From: Candidatus Nomurabacteria bacterium | GTDB lineage: Bacteria > Patescibacteriota > Minisyncoccia > Phycocordibacterales > UBA9973 | DNA length: 62,752 nt | Assembly (NCBI GenBank): GCA_043758875.1 | Contig: JAYVMR010000020.1 | Span: forward strand, 1-62,752 | Direction of reading: 5' to 3' | Part shown: positions 8,975 to 18,115 of the stretch, piece after piece | Layout: each line of letters opens with the position of its first letter | How positions within the stretch are numbered: the first letter of the stretch is position 1 | Program-made: the position numbers and the translations under genes | The notes under the pieces: model-generated | The model's input: the letters and a program-made list of their open reading frames with translations, nothing else | What the model was told of the DNA's origin: nothing | The model's database searches: none

Positions 8975-9775
8975 ATGCAGCTAATGGCAAAATACAAAGA
9001 TCCTTCGACTGCGCTCAGGACAGGTGACAAGGTATATCTCTATGGCAAGCACGCCTTGTGCGAAGCCGTCATGGCAAAACCGGCTTGTATTCAAAAGGTC
9101 TTTTTGGACGCGAATGCGGAGGGAGACAAGGAGATCACCTCACTGCTGAGCAGTCATAAGATCGCGTTTACGCCGATGAAGCAAAATGCCGCGGCCTCTT
9201 CGGTCGGCAATGACGCTGTCCATCAGGGAGTCATTGCGGTCATCAATACGGAAAAATTATACACACCATTGGATGAAGTGATGAAGTTGTTAGATACTTC
9301 CTCTCCTTCGCTGCGCTCAGGACCTGCGGCGTGCTTCGTCTTGCTCGACGAATTGCATGACCCGCACAATGTCGGCGCCATCATTCGTAGCGCCGCGGCA
9401 TTTGGCGCGCATGCCATCCTGATGCCCGAACACAATCAGTCGCCAATCACCGGCACCGTTATCAAGACGTCCGCCGGCATGGTCTTCCGCATTCCCATCG
9501 TCAAGATCGGCAACGTCAATCAAACTGTGCGCTTGCTCAAGGAAAAACGCATGTGGAGCTATGGCTTGGTCATGGACGGCGACACGACATTGAAAGCCGC
9601 CGAGTTCGACAGCCCGACACTGATCATTGTCGGCAACGAGTCCAATGGCATTCGCGAAAAGACATTGGAACTGTGCGATATCAAACTGACCATTCCCATG
9701 AGCCCTGATTGCGAATCATTGAACGCATCGGTCGCCGCCTCAGTGGTGCTGTACGAATGGAGCAGAGGGAAGTAA
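8975..9775 (+). CDS. rlmB: 23S rRNA 2'-O-ribose methyltransferase, SpoU/TrmH family (RlmB-like)
   Basis: LDELHDPHNVGAIIRSA, IVGNESNGI and LNASVAASVVLYE SPOUT motifs; N-terminal substrate-binding-like domain. Confidence 0.82.
   Translation: MQLMAKYKDPSTALRTGDKVYLYGKHALCEAVMAKPACIQKVFLDANAEGDKEITSLLSSHKIAFTPMKQNAAASSVGNDAVHQGVIAVINTEKLYTPLDEVMKLLDTSSPSLRSGPAACFVLLDELHDPHNVGAIIRSAAAFGAHAILMPEHNQSPITGTVIKTSAGMVFRIPIVKIGNVNQTVRLLKEKRMWSYGLVMDGDTTLKAAEFDSPTLIIVGNESNGIREKTLELCDIKLTIPMSPDCESLNASVAASVVLYEWSRGK
9001..9021 (+). repeat. Dispersed ~21-nt palindromic element, copy 1 (inside rlmB)
   Basis: tccttcgactgcgctcaggac, translated as PSTALRT in the N-terminal extension. Confidence 0.7.
9304..9323 (+). 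repeat. Dispersed palindromic element, copy 2 (inside rlmB linker)
   Basis: tccttcgctgcgctcaggac; one-base deletion relative to copy 1; translated as SPSLRSG. Confidence 0.7.
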
Positions 9776-9786
9776 TAAATAAAATA

Positions 9787-9817
9787 GCCGCTGCACCTAC
9801 GGTGCAGCGGCATTTTT
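9787..9817 (+). terminator. Rho-independent terminator after rlmB
   Basis: 11-bp stem gccgctgcacc/ggtgcagcggc, loop tac, then a T5 run. Confidence 0.8.
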
Positions 9818-9821
9818 ACTT

Positions 9822-10157
9822 TTAACAAACTTCTTTCTTCTTACCTTTTTTAATTATTTCCGCCAAATCAATGAACCAACGATTCATAATAGCCATATTG
9901 GACGGAATGGTTATAACAAGCAATACAATCATACCTGGTGAAAAGAATGTATCGCTTTGGCCCACTACAAAGAAGGATGTTTTCCAGATGACAAAGATCG
10001 TTGCGGCCAGCGCAATGATCCATGTATACACTGGGTAGACATGGTCATGAGGATTATAGGCAATGGTGCGTACCCATCTCATTAAGAGAAGGGTGAGCTG
10101 ATAAACCAATGCGGCGGCGACTATCACTGCGGCACTGAAAATGATAAGGTACTCCAT
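9822..10157 (-). CDS. Small integral membrane protein (hypothetical)
   Basis: ORF from MEYLIIFSAAV...; three or four hydrophobic segments. Confidence 0.55.
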   Translation of the reverse strand: MEYLIIFSAAVIVAAALVYQLTLLLMRWVRTIAYNPHDHVYPVYTWIIALAATIFVIWKTSFFVVGQSDTFFSPGMIVLLVITIPSNMAIMNRWFIDLAEIIKKGKKKEVC

Positions 10158-10219
10158 GATTTGATATTTTCTTTTACTATAAAACTTTATAGGCATATCG
10201 TCAAATCCTCTGCGGACTA

Positions 10220-10228
10220 TGGTATTAT
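10220..10228 (+). promoter_or_regulatory. Extended -10 (TGgTATTAT) ending 6 nt before the gltX ATG
   Basis: tggtattat-agacag-ATG. Confidence 0.6.
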
Positions 10229-10234
10229 AGACAG

Positions 10235-11584
10235 ATGGAAAAAAAGAATATCATCACTCGTTTCGCGCCCAGCCCGACCGGCAAAGCCCATGCCGGCAGT
10301 TATCGTACCGCCATGTATTCGTGGTTATTCGCGCGCAAACATGGCGGGAAATTTATTTTAAGAATTGAAGACACCGATACGGCACGCAACAGTGAAGAAG
10401 CGAAATTGGATATTTATGAAGCGTTGCAATGGCTCGGTATCGACAATGACCAGCAGTATGTTCAGTCCCAACATCTCGCGCGCCACCAAGAGCTGGTTCA
10501 CCAACTCATTGCCGAAGACAAGGCGTATGTTTCTCGCGAAACAGCCAAGGATGGGTCCGGCGTGATGAAAGAAATTATTCGTTTTCGTAATCCCAAAAAA
10601 GTAGTGACCTTTATCGATCTGATTCGCGGGCCGATTTCCACTGATACGACTGACCTTGAGGATTTTGTCATTGCGCGAAATATCAACGAACCGCTTTTCC
10701 ATCTAGCGGTCGTCATCGACGATCATGATGAAGGAGTGACACACGTCATCAGAGCCGAGGAACATATTGCCAATACGCCGCGACAGATTTTATTGCATGA
10801 GGCGCTGGGCTGGCAGATTCCCGCATATGCTCATTTGCCGCTGGTGCTTGCTGCTGATAAACAAAAACTTTCCAAGCGCAAAGGAGCGTTGCCAATGACC
10901 GAGTACTCTCAAGAAGGATATTTACCGGAAGCAGTCTTTAATTGCATTGCCATGATCGGATGGAACCCGGCTGATCCCGGCTCAGAACAGGAATTATTTT
11001 CCAAAGAAGAGCTGATACAGCGGTTTGATTTCGCGCGTATGCAAAAAGGCGGTGCGGTCTTTAATATCGATAAGCTGAACTGGTTCAATCGGGAGTACAT
11101 CAAGCAACTTTCCTCGGAAGCATTTTGGCAACATGCAACACCGTTTGTGCCCGAGCAGTATCACAGCCACCCCATGCTCAAAAAACTGGAACAGCTTTTC
11201 CGCGATCATATTGAGAAATTTTCCGACATCAAAAAAATGTTCGATGACGGGGAAGTCGGTTACTTTTTCGGCGACCCGGTCGCCGAAAAAGATATGGTAG
11301 TGTGGAAAGCATTGAAAGACGACGCGCAAGGATTGGAAAAAACTAAAAATTATTTGCGGCATGCCGTGTCGTTATTGGAAGCTGTGTCAGAAGATGATTG
11401 GAATTATCAAAATATCAAAACTGCTCTGACGGGATATGCCGAACAGGAAGGCAAGGGCAATGTCTTGTGGCCGATGCGCGTGGCATTGTCTGGCCAGGAA
11501 AAATCGCCCGATCCGTTCGAATTGGCCAGTCTTTTAGGTAAGGAAATAACAATGGCGCGCATTCAACAAGCGGTCCAACTATGA
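10235..11584 (+). CDS. gltX: Glutamate--tRNA ligase
   Basis: ITRFAPSPTGKAHAGS (HIGH region), ILRIEDTD, KLSKRKG (KMSKS). Confidence 0.95.
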   Translation: MEKKNIITRFAPSPTGKAHAGSYRTAMYSWLFARKHGGKFILRIEDTDTARNSEEAKLDIYEALQWLGIDNDQQYVQSQHLARHQELVHQLIAEDKAYVSRETAKDGSGVMKEIIRFRNPKKVVTFIDLIRGPISTDTTDLEDFVIARNINEPLFHLAVVIDDHDEGVTHVIRAEEHIANTPRQILLHEALGWQIPAYAHLPLVLAADKQKLSKRKGALPMTEYSQEGYLPEAVFNCIAMIGWNPADPGSEQELFSKEELIQRFDFARMQKGGAVFNIDKLNWFNREYIKQLSSEAFWQHATPFVPEQYHSHPMLKKLEQLFRDHIEKFSDIKKMFDDGEVGYFFGDPVAEKDMVVWKALKDDAQGLEKTKNYLRHAVSLLEAVSEDDWNYQNIKTALTGYAEQEGKGNVLWPMRVALSGQEKSPDPFELASLLGKEITMARIQQAVQL

Positions 11585-12444
11585 ATCTATCATTTAATTT
11601 CAAAACAGCCCTCATTGCGGCCATCATTGTTTGCAGCCTGACGTTCGGTCAGACGGCTTTTGCGGATACGCTTTCCGCCACCTCTTCCAATTGGGCCGGT
11701 TATGCGACGCAAAACGGCGTGTATACTGGCGTCAGCGGCACGTGGATCATTCCCGAACTTTCGTATTCCAGCACGCTGACATCGAACGCCGCATGGGTCG
11801 GCATCGGCGGTCGCAGTTCCGGTGACCTGATCCAAGCCGGCGTCTATGAGATCGCCAAGAGTGATGGTGCAGTCTATCAAGCCTGGTATGAATTGTTGCC
11901 CGACAATTCCACTCCGATCAATCTGACCGTGCACCCCGGAGATTCCATCAGCGTGGCCATCATCGAAACATCGATCGACACATGGAACGTCGTCATTACC
12001 AACAACACGTCCCATCAGCAATTTGAAAAAACCGTCAACTACCACTCGTCATTGTCTTCGGCCGAATGGATACAAGAGCGTCCGATGGTCAACAGCACTT
12101 TTGCCGAATTATCCGGATTTACGCCAGTGCAATTCAGCGGCGCCACTGCGGTGCAAAATGGACAGCGCCTTTCATTGATCGGACTCCATCCTGAAATGCT
12201 GAACATGGTGGACCTTCCCACCAATACCGCACTGGCTGTTCCTTCGCCACTCGGCCAGGATGGTGCCAGTTTTAACGTTCTTCGCACCAGCGCTAGGGCT
12301 TCATCGTTTATTCCTCCCGCCCCTATAAACATCGATAGTACCATTCCTACCATTCCTTCTTTGCTGATCCCGCATATCGATTGGAATATCGGTACCAATG
12401 ACGGCACTACCATCGTCTTTCACTTTAGAAAAAATTTACTATAA
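11581..12444 (+). CDS. Secreted G1-family (eqolisin-like) glutamic peptidase
   Basis: Signal peptide; SSNWAGY, AAWVGIGG, LIQAGV, AWYELLP and SAEWIQERP match the G1/A4 layout with catalytic Gln and Glu; ATGA overlap with the gltX stop. Confidence 0.7.
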   Translation: MNLSFNFKTALIAAIIVCSLTFGQTAFADTLSATSSNWAGYATQNGVYTGVSGTWIIPELSYSSTLTSNAAWVGIGGRSSGDLIQAGVYEIAKSDGAVYQAWYELLPDNSTPINLTVHPGDSISVAIIETSIDTWNVVITNNTSHQQFEKTVNYHSSLSSAEWIQERPMVNSTFAELSGFTPVQFSGATAVQNGQRLSLIGLHPEMLNMVDLPTNTALAVPSPLGQDGASFNVLRTSARASSFIPPAPINIDSTIPTIPSLLIPHIDWNIGTNDGTTIVFHFRKNLL

Positions 12445-12469
12445 CTTCAGCGTATCTTGATACCCAAAT

Positions 12470-12478
12470 TGCTATACC
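12470..12478 (+). promoter_or_regulatory. Extended -10 (TGcTATACC) ending 6 nt before ATG 12485
   Basis: tgctatacc-taagca-ATG. Confidence 0.5.
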
Positions 12479-12484
12479 TAAGCA

Positions 12485-15400
12485 ATGCAAGTATCAATCA
12501 AATCAAAAATAGTTCTCATTATCATTATTGTTCTCAGTGTTCGTTTCTTTACCAGTACTACTGTTGCGTTCGCGTCAATTCCATTGCCCAATATATGGAC
12601 CGATGCGACGCTTGATGCTGCGACTGTCTATACCGTCGATGGCACCAGCATCGTCCAACCATCCGCCACGCTTACTATTCCCGCCGGCACTCAGCTGATC
12701 TTCACTCCCGGATCTTCACTGGTGGTAAAAGGCGCGCTTATCGCCAACGGGACCAGTGACAGTCATATCAGTATCGTCGGCGGCCCCATTCCGCCCTTCA
12801 TCCCGGTCGCCATTCCTTTTGCCGCGCTCACTGCTTCCGCTCCGTCTGATACACAAAGTCCTGAGGTCAGCACGCTAGCACTATCACAAAGCCCGGACGT
12901 TGCGCCGCTCGTTATCAATAGCGTCATGATGGGCGCCGATACCCCGGCAGTCGGCAAGCATAGCGGTATCGTATTCGGTGCCGGTTCGACTTCCTCATTG
13001 CAGTATGTCGACATCAGTAACGGTCTCTATGGAGCAGTAGTGTCCGAAGGATCGGTCGTTACCATGGACCATGTCACTATCAGTGATTGTGACACGGGTA
13101 TTTTGGGTGTGCGCGGGTCATTGCAGCTCACCAACAGCGCTTTCAACCATATTGCCATTCCGGTCAGTTGGGATTTTCACGGACCTTTTACGCATAGCGA
13201 CACGACTTTTTCTGATACCGGCCTCAAGGGCTGGATCTATGGCGGGGAACTGCAAGCCGGTGATACCATGCGGCTCGACTCGACCGATGGAGAATATGAG
13301 ATACCGTATGTGACGGTGGGCCAGAGCGCATCCTTGGTCATCAGTCCGGGCGTGACGATAAAAATGATCGATCGCCAAGGCGTGAGTATCGATACTGGCG
13401 GCATCCTTTCCGCTATCGGCACAGCTGACCAACCGATTGTCTTTTATGGCGATGGGGTCTGTCAGTATCATTCGTCGATCATCTATCAGGCGCAAAGCAG
13501 CGCTACCTATCAGTATGTGCACTTTCATGATCTGTGCGGCGGGGTCGGCGGCACCAACCACAGTACCATTGTTCTTAGTCATGACTCCTTCGATGTCATT
13601 GCCGGCATCGTCGTGCAAATGAGTGATTATTCCACTCTCGCGATTGATGACACTGTTTTTCATGACATCTATCAAGTCGTTAAATTGACCGATATCAGCA
13701 AAGGCATCATTTCTAACAGCGCTATTACCTTGGTTAACGCTGGCGATCCGGCTCTCTACGCCCTCAATCAAAGCTCACTGACCATCACTGATAGTTCGAT
13801 TGATACTGCCACCACGTGCTTGAATGTTTCCCAAAACGGCGCCCTTGTTGCTGATCATATTACGTTGACACACTGCGGTGCGGCCGCGATTAATAGTAGT
13901 AATACTAACGGCACCACCAATCCCACCGGCATTACCTTGACCAACAGTGAGATCGCGCATAGCGGCACGGCATTGCAGTTGGGCAGCGCGTTGGTGCTCG
14001 ATGTTTCTCATAATACATTTCATGACAATATTCGCGGCGTATCGCTTGCCAACATGCCGGCGACCACACTCATTAATAATGGATGGGGGAATGATAGCGG
14101 GCCAACTATTGCCGACAACCCTACCGGCACCGGCGATATCATTTACAGTGACAATGTGCCCAGCGTCATCTATCGCCCTTGGATCGGCATGACGCCGCCA
14201 CCGGAACACAATCCGATCATCATCGTGCCCGGCATTACCGGCTCATTTCTGAGCAAAGATTATGGTGACGGCGATGAGCTCTGGCCCAATATCCCTAAAA
14301 TGATACTCAGTCCGACCGACAGTTTTTTGAACGATTTGAAACTGTTGCAAGCCGGAGTACCGAGCAGTGTGCGGCCGGTCAAAGTCGGCGATATCATTCG
14401 TTCCGTCGGATCGACCGATGTCTTTGCTGGCATGATACAAAGTCTGCAACAGACTGGCTACACCGAAGGTACCGACTTATTCGTCTTGCCGTATGATTGG
14501 CGATTGAGCAACACGCAAAACCAGGCATTGCTTGATGATGCCATTGCTAATGCCTTGGCCAAAAGCGGCAAGAGCAAAGTCAATATCATCGCGCACAGCA
14601 TGGGTGGCTTGTTGGTCAAAGACTATATCGCTCAGCATCCTGCCGCGCCGCTCGATCACTTGTTTTATATCGCCGTACCGCACCTTGGCGCTCCTAAAGC
14701 GTTCAAGACGTTGATGTACGGTGATACTATGGGATTTGATTTCTCAGTGGGACCGGTCCATATCCCGTTTTTGAGCGCCGATCGCGTGAAAACCATCGTG
14801 CAGAATATGCCATCCGCGTATGAGCTGTTGCCCAGCCAACGCTATTTGGACACAATCAGTCCCTATGTCACCGATCTGACACAAACACCCTCCGCACTGA
14901 CTCTGGATGCCATCAATACCTTGATGATCAATGACGGCAGAAATGAAAAAATGTTTCCTATGGCGCAAGCATTGCATGATGCCACCGATACGCTGACCAC
15001 TCCATCAGTCGCATCGTATGATTTTGCCGGTTGCGGTGCCACAAAAACCGTGAGCGGTTTTAGATTGACTGCCACTCTTAAGCATCGTCTCTCGTATGCG
15101 GCCGGAGATGGAGTGGTGCCGGTACAGAGTGCCACCGCCGCTTCAGACGCCACGCAGTATTATGTGACCTCGGCTTCCCACAGTACCATGCCGTCCGTTG
15201 CCGAAGTGCAAAATGCGATCGTGGATATATTGAATGCCAAAAATGTTACCGCCAGTGCTACACTGTCTGCTGATAGTCATCACTGTGCCTTGTCCGGCGA
15301 TATCGTCGAAGTGCATAGCCCCGTCACGCTCGATATTTATGATGATGTTCATCGGCACACCGGTCCGACGGCCAGCGGCGAGATAGAGCAAAATATTCCC

Positions 15401-16402
15401 AATGTCGATTATGAAATGATCGGTGATGAAAAATTCGCTTTCTTGCCCAGCGGTCCGACCTATACGATCGTCGATCACGCGCAAGCCGTCGGCAGCTATG
15501 ACATGTATATCAGTCACAGTGATGATACTGATACCATCACCAAGGAATCTTATTTTGGCAACGTTGCCATTACGGAAAAAAGCATTGGCACGGTCATGGT
15601 CGGCCCAGGCATCACTGACTACACGATCAGTATGGATGATAATGGTGACGGAGTGGAGGATCGTTCGATCGCCCCATCGTTGCCGGGCAGCGATACCGTG
15701 ACTCCGACGCCCACACCAACGCCGACACCTACTCCGGACCCTGTGCCGACACCGATTCCTCCGGTAACAATTCCGCCTTCTGACCCTATTCCTCCCATTC
15801 CCACTCCTTCGACAAACCCCATCCCGGTTGTAACTCCGACTCCTGCCCCTTCGACGGATTCGACAAGCTCACCGCAGGCTTCCGCCGGGCAAGTCATTCC
15901 TGTAGCACAATCCAGCACGCCGCAAGTGACGCCGGTCATAGTGAACAATATCAGCAACCCGGTCATGTATAGTGATACGACCACGGCTGATACGGCAGGT
16001 GATACCACGTCGCCTACACCTGAGACAACCAGTGATACTGCTATAGATAATACTATCGACACTACTGCCGATCCGGCTACGGTTGACGATTCTTCTGTTA
16101 GTAGCGTAGATAGCTCTGGCACTTCGGGTACCCCTGATCCCACTGATATTGCCGCAACTGATCCTGTTGATACGATTACTCCTTCAGCCGATACCACGAC
16201 TGCCTCTCAAGATAAGGTACTTACCAGCGTCGCCGATCGCTCGGCTCAACCGGAAGGGTCGCCACTCAGCGAACTATTGGCATTGCCATTGGCAGCCAAT
16301 GTCGGCAGTGCTTTGGTCGCCGGACAAAAAATGCTTCCTCTCATTGGTATGGTTCTTATATTCTTCATTATTGTTGCAGTATTCATCAAAAGACGCGGCT
16401 AG
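12485..16402 (+). CDS. Giant surface protein: signal peptide, beta-helix repeats, LCAT/PGAP1-like lipase domain, Pro/Thr linker, C-terminal TM anchor
   Basis: 1305 aa; repetitive Gly/Asn/Thr-rich beta-helix-like region; PIIIVPGITGS...YDWRLS...IIAHSMGG (GxSxG); TPTPTPTPTPTP; C-terminal LIGMVLIFFIIVAVFIKRRG. Confidence 0.8.
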   Translation: MQVSIKSKIVLIIIIVLSVRFFTSTTVAFASIPLPNIWTDATLDAATVYTVDGTSIVQPSATLTIPAGTQLIFTPGSSLVVKGALIANGTSDSHISIVGGPIPPFIPVAIPFAALTASAPSDTQSPEVSTLALSQSPDVAPLVINSVMMGADTPAVGKHSGIVFGAGSTSSLQYVDISNGLYGAVVSEGSVVTMDHVTISDCDTGILGVRGSLQLTNSAFNHIAIPVSWDFHGPFTHSDTTFSDTGLKGWIYGGELQAGDTMRLDSTDGEYEIPYVTVGQSASLVISPGVTIKMIDRQGVSIDTGGILSAIGTADQPIVFYGDGVCQYHSSIIYQAQSSATYQYVHFHDLCGGVGGTNHSTIVLSHDSFDVIAGIVVQMSDYSTLAIDDTVFHDIYQVVKLTDISKGIISNSAITLVNAGDPALYALNQSSLTITDSSIDTATTCLNVSQNGALVADHITLTHCGAAAINSSNTNGTTNPTGITLTNSEIAHSGTALQLGSALVLDVSHNTFHDNIRGVSLANMPATTLINNGWGNDSGPTIADNPTGTGDIIYSDNVPSVIYRPWIGMTPPPEHNPIIIVPGITGSFLSKDYGDGDELWPNIPKMILSPTDSFLNDLKLLQAGVPSSVRPVKVGDIIRSVGSTDVFAGMIQSLQQTGYTEGTDLFVLPYDWRLSNTQNQALLDDAIANALAKSGKSKVNIIAHSMGGLLVKDYIAQHPAAPLDHLFYIAVPHLGAPKAFKTLMYGDTMGFDFSVGPVHIPFLSADRVKTIVQNMPSAYELLPSQRYLDTISPYVTDLTQTPSALTLDAINTLMINDGRNEKMFPMAQALHDATDTLTTPSVASYDFAGCGATKTVSGFRLTATLKHRLSYAAGDGVVPVQSATAASDATQYYVTSASHSTMPSVAEVQNAIVDILNAKNVTASATLSADSHHCALSGDIVEVHSPVTLDIYDDVHRHTGPTASGEIEQNIPNVDYEMIGDEKFAFLPSGPTYTIVDHAQAVGSYDMYISHSDDTDTITKESYFGNVAITEKSIGTVMVGPGITDYTISMDDNGDGVEDRSIAPSLPGSDTVTPTPTPTPTPTPDPVPTPIPPVTIPPSDPIPPIPTPSTNPIPVVTPTPAPSTDSTSSPQASAGQVIPVAQSSTPQVTPVIVNNISNPVMYSDTTTADTAGDTTSPTPETTSDTAIDNTIDTTADPATVDDSSVSSVDSSGTSGTPDPTDIAATDPVDTITPSADTTTASQDKVLTSVADRSAQPEGSPLSELLALPLAANVGSALVAGQKMLPLIGMVLIFFIIVAVFIKRRG

Positions 16403-18111
16403 TGTTACAATCAATCCTGATGACGCAAAACCATGCTTTAACTATCCTGAAAACTGGCGCCAATGTCTTTTTGACCGGGGAACCGGGCGCGGGCAAAACC
16501 CATACTATCAATGAGTATGTGGAGTATTTGCGCCGCCATGGCATCGAGCCTGCCATTACCGCGTCGACCGGTATCGCGGCTACGCATATCCATGGTCAGA
16601 CCATTCATTCCTGGAGCGGTATCGGCATTCGCAAGAGCCTGTCGCCCTATGACTTGGACAAGATCGCTACCACGGAATACCTGGTGCGCCGTATCCAGAA
16701 AACGAAAGTCCTGATCATCGATGAGATCTCGATGATCGACGGCTATACGCTCGACTTGGTCGACGCGGTCTGCAAAACGATCAAGCAGCGCAGCGAACCG
16801 TTCGGTGGCTTGCAAGTCGTGCTGGTCGGCGACTTCTTTCAGCTGCCTCCGATATCTCGTAACCATGAAGCAGTACCGTTCGCATTTGAGGCGAATGTCT
16901 GGCGTGATATGAAACCGCTGGTGTGTTATCTGACCGAACAGCATCGTCAGAGCGACGAAGTATTTTTGGCATTACTGTCCGCTATTCGTCGCAATGATCG
17001 CATGGATGACCATATGATCCATCTGGAAAAGCGCCTGGTCAGTGAGGACAACAGCTTTGAACATATCGAAAACATGACACAGCTCTTCGCGCACAATGCC
17101 GACGTTGATGCCATCAATGCCGCCGCATTACGGAGTATCGAAGGACCGACCACTGCGTATACGATGCATAGCAAGGGCGGGGAAAGTATGGTCGCTAGTT
17201 TGAAAAAAGGCTGCCTGTCACCAGAGAAACTGGAATTAAAGATCGGTGCCGTGGTGATGTGCACCAAGAACAACACGCAGAAAGGATTCGTGAACGGCAC
17301 GACCGGCACGGTCGTGCGCTTCGAACCGGGCACCAAGTTTCCCATCATTCGCACCCAAGACGACCAAGAGCTGACGATCGAACCGATGGATTGGAGTATC
17401 GAAGAAGACGGTAAGATCAAGGCGAGTATCACGCAAGTGCCATTGCGCTTGGCCTGGGCCATCACCATTCACAAAAGCCAGGGTTTGTCGCTCGATACGG
17501 CCATGATGGATTTGCGGCAGGTCTTTGAATACGGACAGGGCTATGTGGCATTGTCGCGCGTGCGCAGCTTGGAAGGGTTGTACTTATCAGGATGGAATGA
17601 ACAAACCTTCCGCGTCCATCCGCGCATCTTGCAGCAAGACCAGACCTTCCAGGAATTGTCAGAGTCGGCACAGGGAGCATTTGCCAACTTGGAAACGGTG
17701 GATATTGAAACGATGCAAAAGAACTTCATTGTGGCTTCGGGCGGAGTATTGGATGGCAAGAAAGGCAAGCTGGCCAAGCCAGAAAAAAGAGACACGCTTG
17801 ATCTGACGAAGGAACTGATTGTGGTAGGGAAGTCATTGAAAGATATCGCCAAGGAACGAAAATTGGTACTGACTACCGTATTAGATCACATTGAAAAATT
17901 AATCATCGTCAAGCGCATCTCATCCGACGATATCGCATACCTGATCGATGACAAACTGCGCACCGCATTACCAGTCATCAGCGAAGCCTTCGCCACCTGC
18001 GACACGACCTTGCTCTCTCCGGTCTACAATCACCTCGGCGGCGCTTACACCTTCGACACCCTACGCCTAGCCCGCGCCATCATTTCCGCTCGCAACCAGA
18101 AGACGAAATAA
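16402..18111 (+). CDS. PIF1/RecD-type SF1 helicase with C-terminal HTH domain
   Basis: VFLTGEPGAGKTH (Walker A), LIIDEISMI, VLVGDFFQLPPI, ITIHKSQGLSLD; start is GTG 16402 or ATG 16420. Confidence 0.85.
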   Translation: MLQSILMTQNHALTILKTGANVFLTGEPGAGKTHTINEYVEYLRRHGIEPAITASTGIAATHIHGQTIHSWSGIGIRKSLSPYDLDKIATTEYLVRRIQKTKVLIIDEISMIDGYTLDLVDAVCKTIKQRSEPFGGLQVVLVGDFFQLPPISRNHEAVPFAFEANVWRDMKPLVCYLTEQHRQSDEVFLALLSAIRRNDRMDDHMIHLEKRLVSEDNSFEHIENMTQLFAHNADVDAINAAALRSIEGPTTAYTMHSKGGESMVASLKKGCLSPEKLELKIGAVVMCTKNNTQKGFVNGTTGTVVRFEPGTKFPIIRTQDDQELTIEPMDWSIEEDGKIKASITQVPLRLAWAITIHKSQGLSLDTAMMDLRQVFEYGQGYVALSRVRSLEGLYLSGWNEQTFRVHPRILQQDQTFQELSESAQGAFANLETVDIETMQKNFIVASGGVLDGKKGKLAKPEKRDTLDLTKELIVVGKSLKDIAKERKLVLTTVLDHIEKLIIVKRISSDDIAYLIDDKLRTALPVISEAFATCDTTLLSPVYNHLGGAYTFDTLRLARAIISARNQKTK

Positions 18112-18115
18112 GTCT

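Noticed and set aside
15690-15730. A short tandem repeat (acnccn, encoding TPTPTPTPTPTP) that could superficially look like a repeat array.
   Set aside because: It is in-frame low-complexity coding sequence inside the giant surface protein. There is no spacer-repeat structure and there are no cas genes, so it is not CRISPR.
18040-18075. ccttcgacaccctacgcctagcc in the helicase C-terminus as a possible fifth copy of the dispersed palindromic element.
   Set aside because: Only the first 8 nt match. The encoded FDTLRLA fits the native C-terminal HTH of this helicase family, and no palindromic ends are present.
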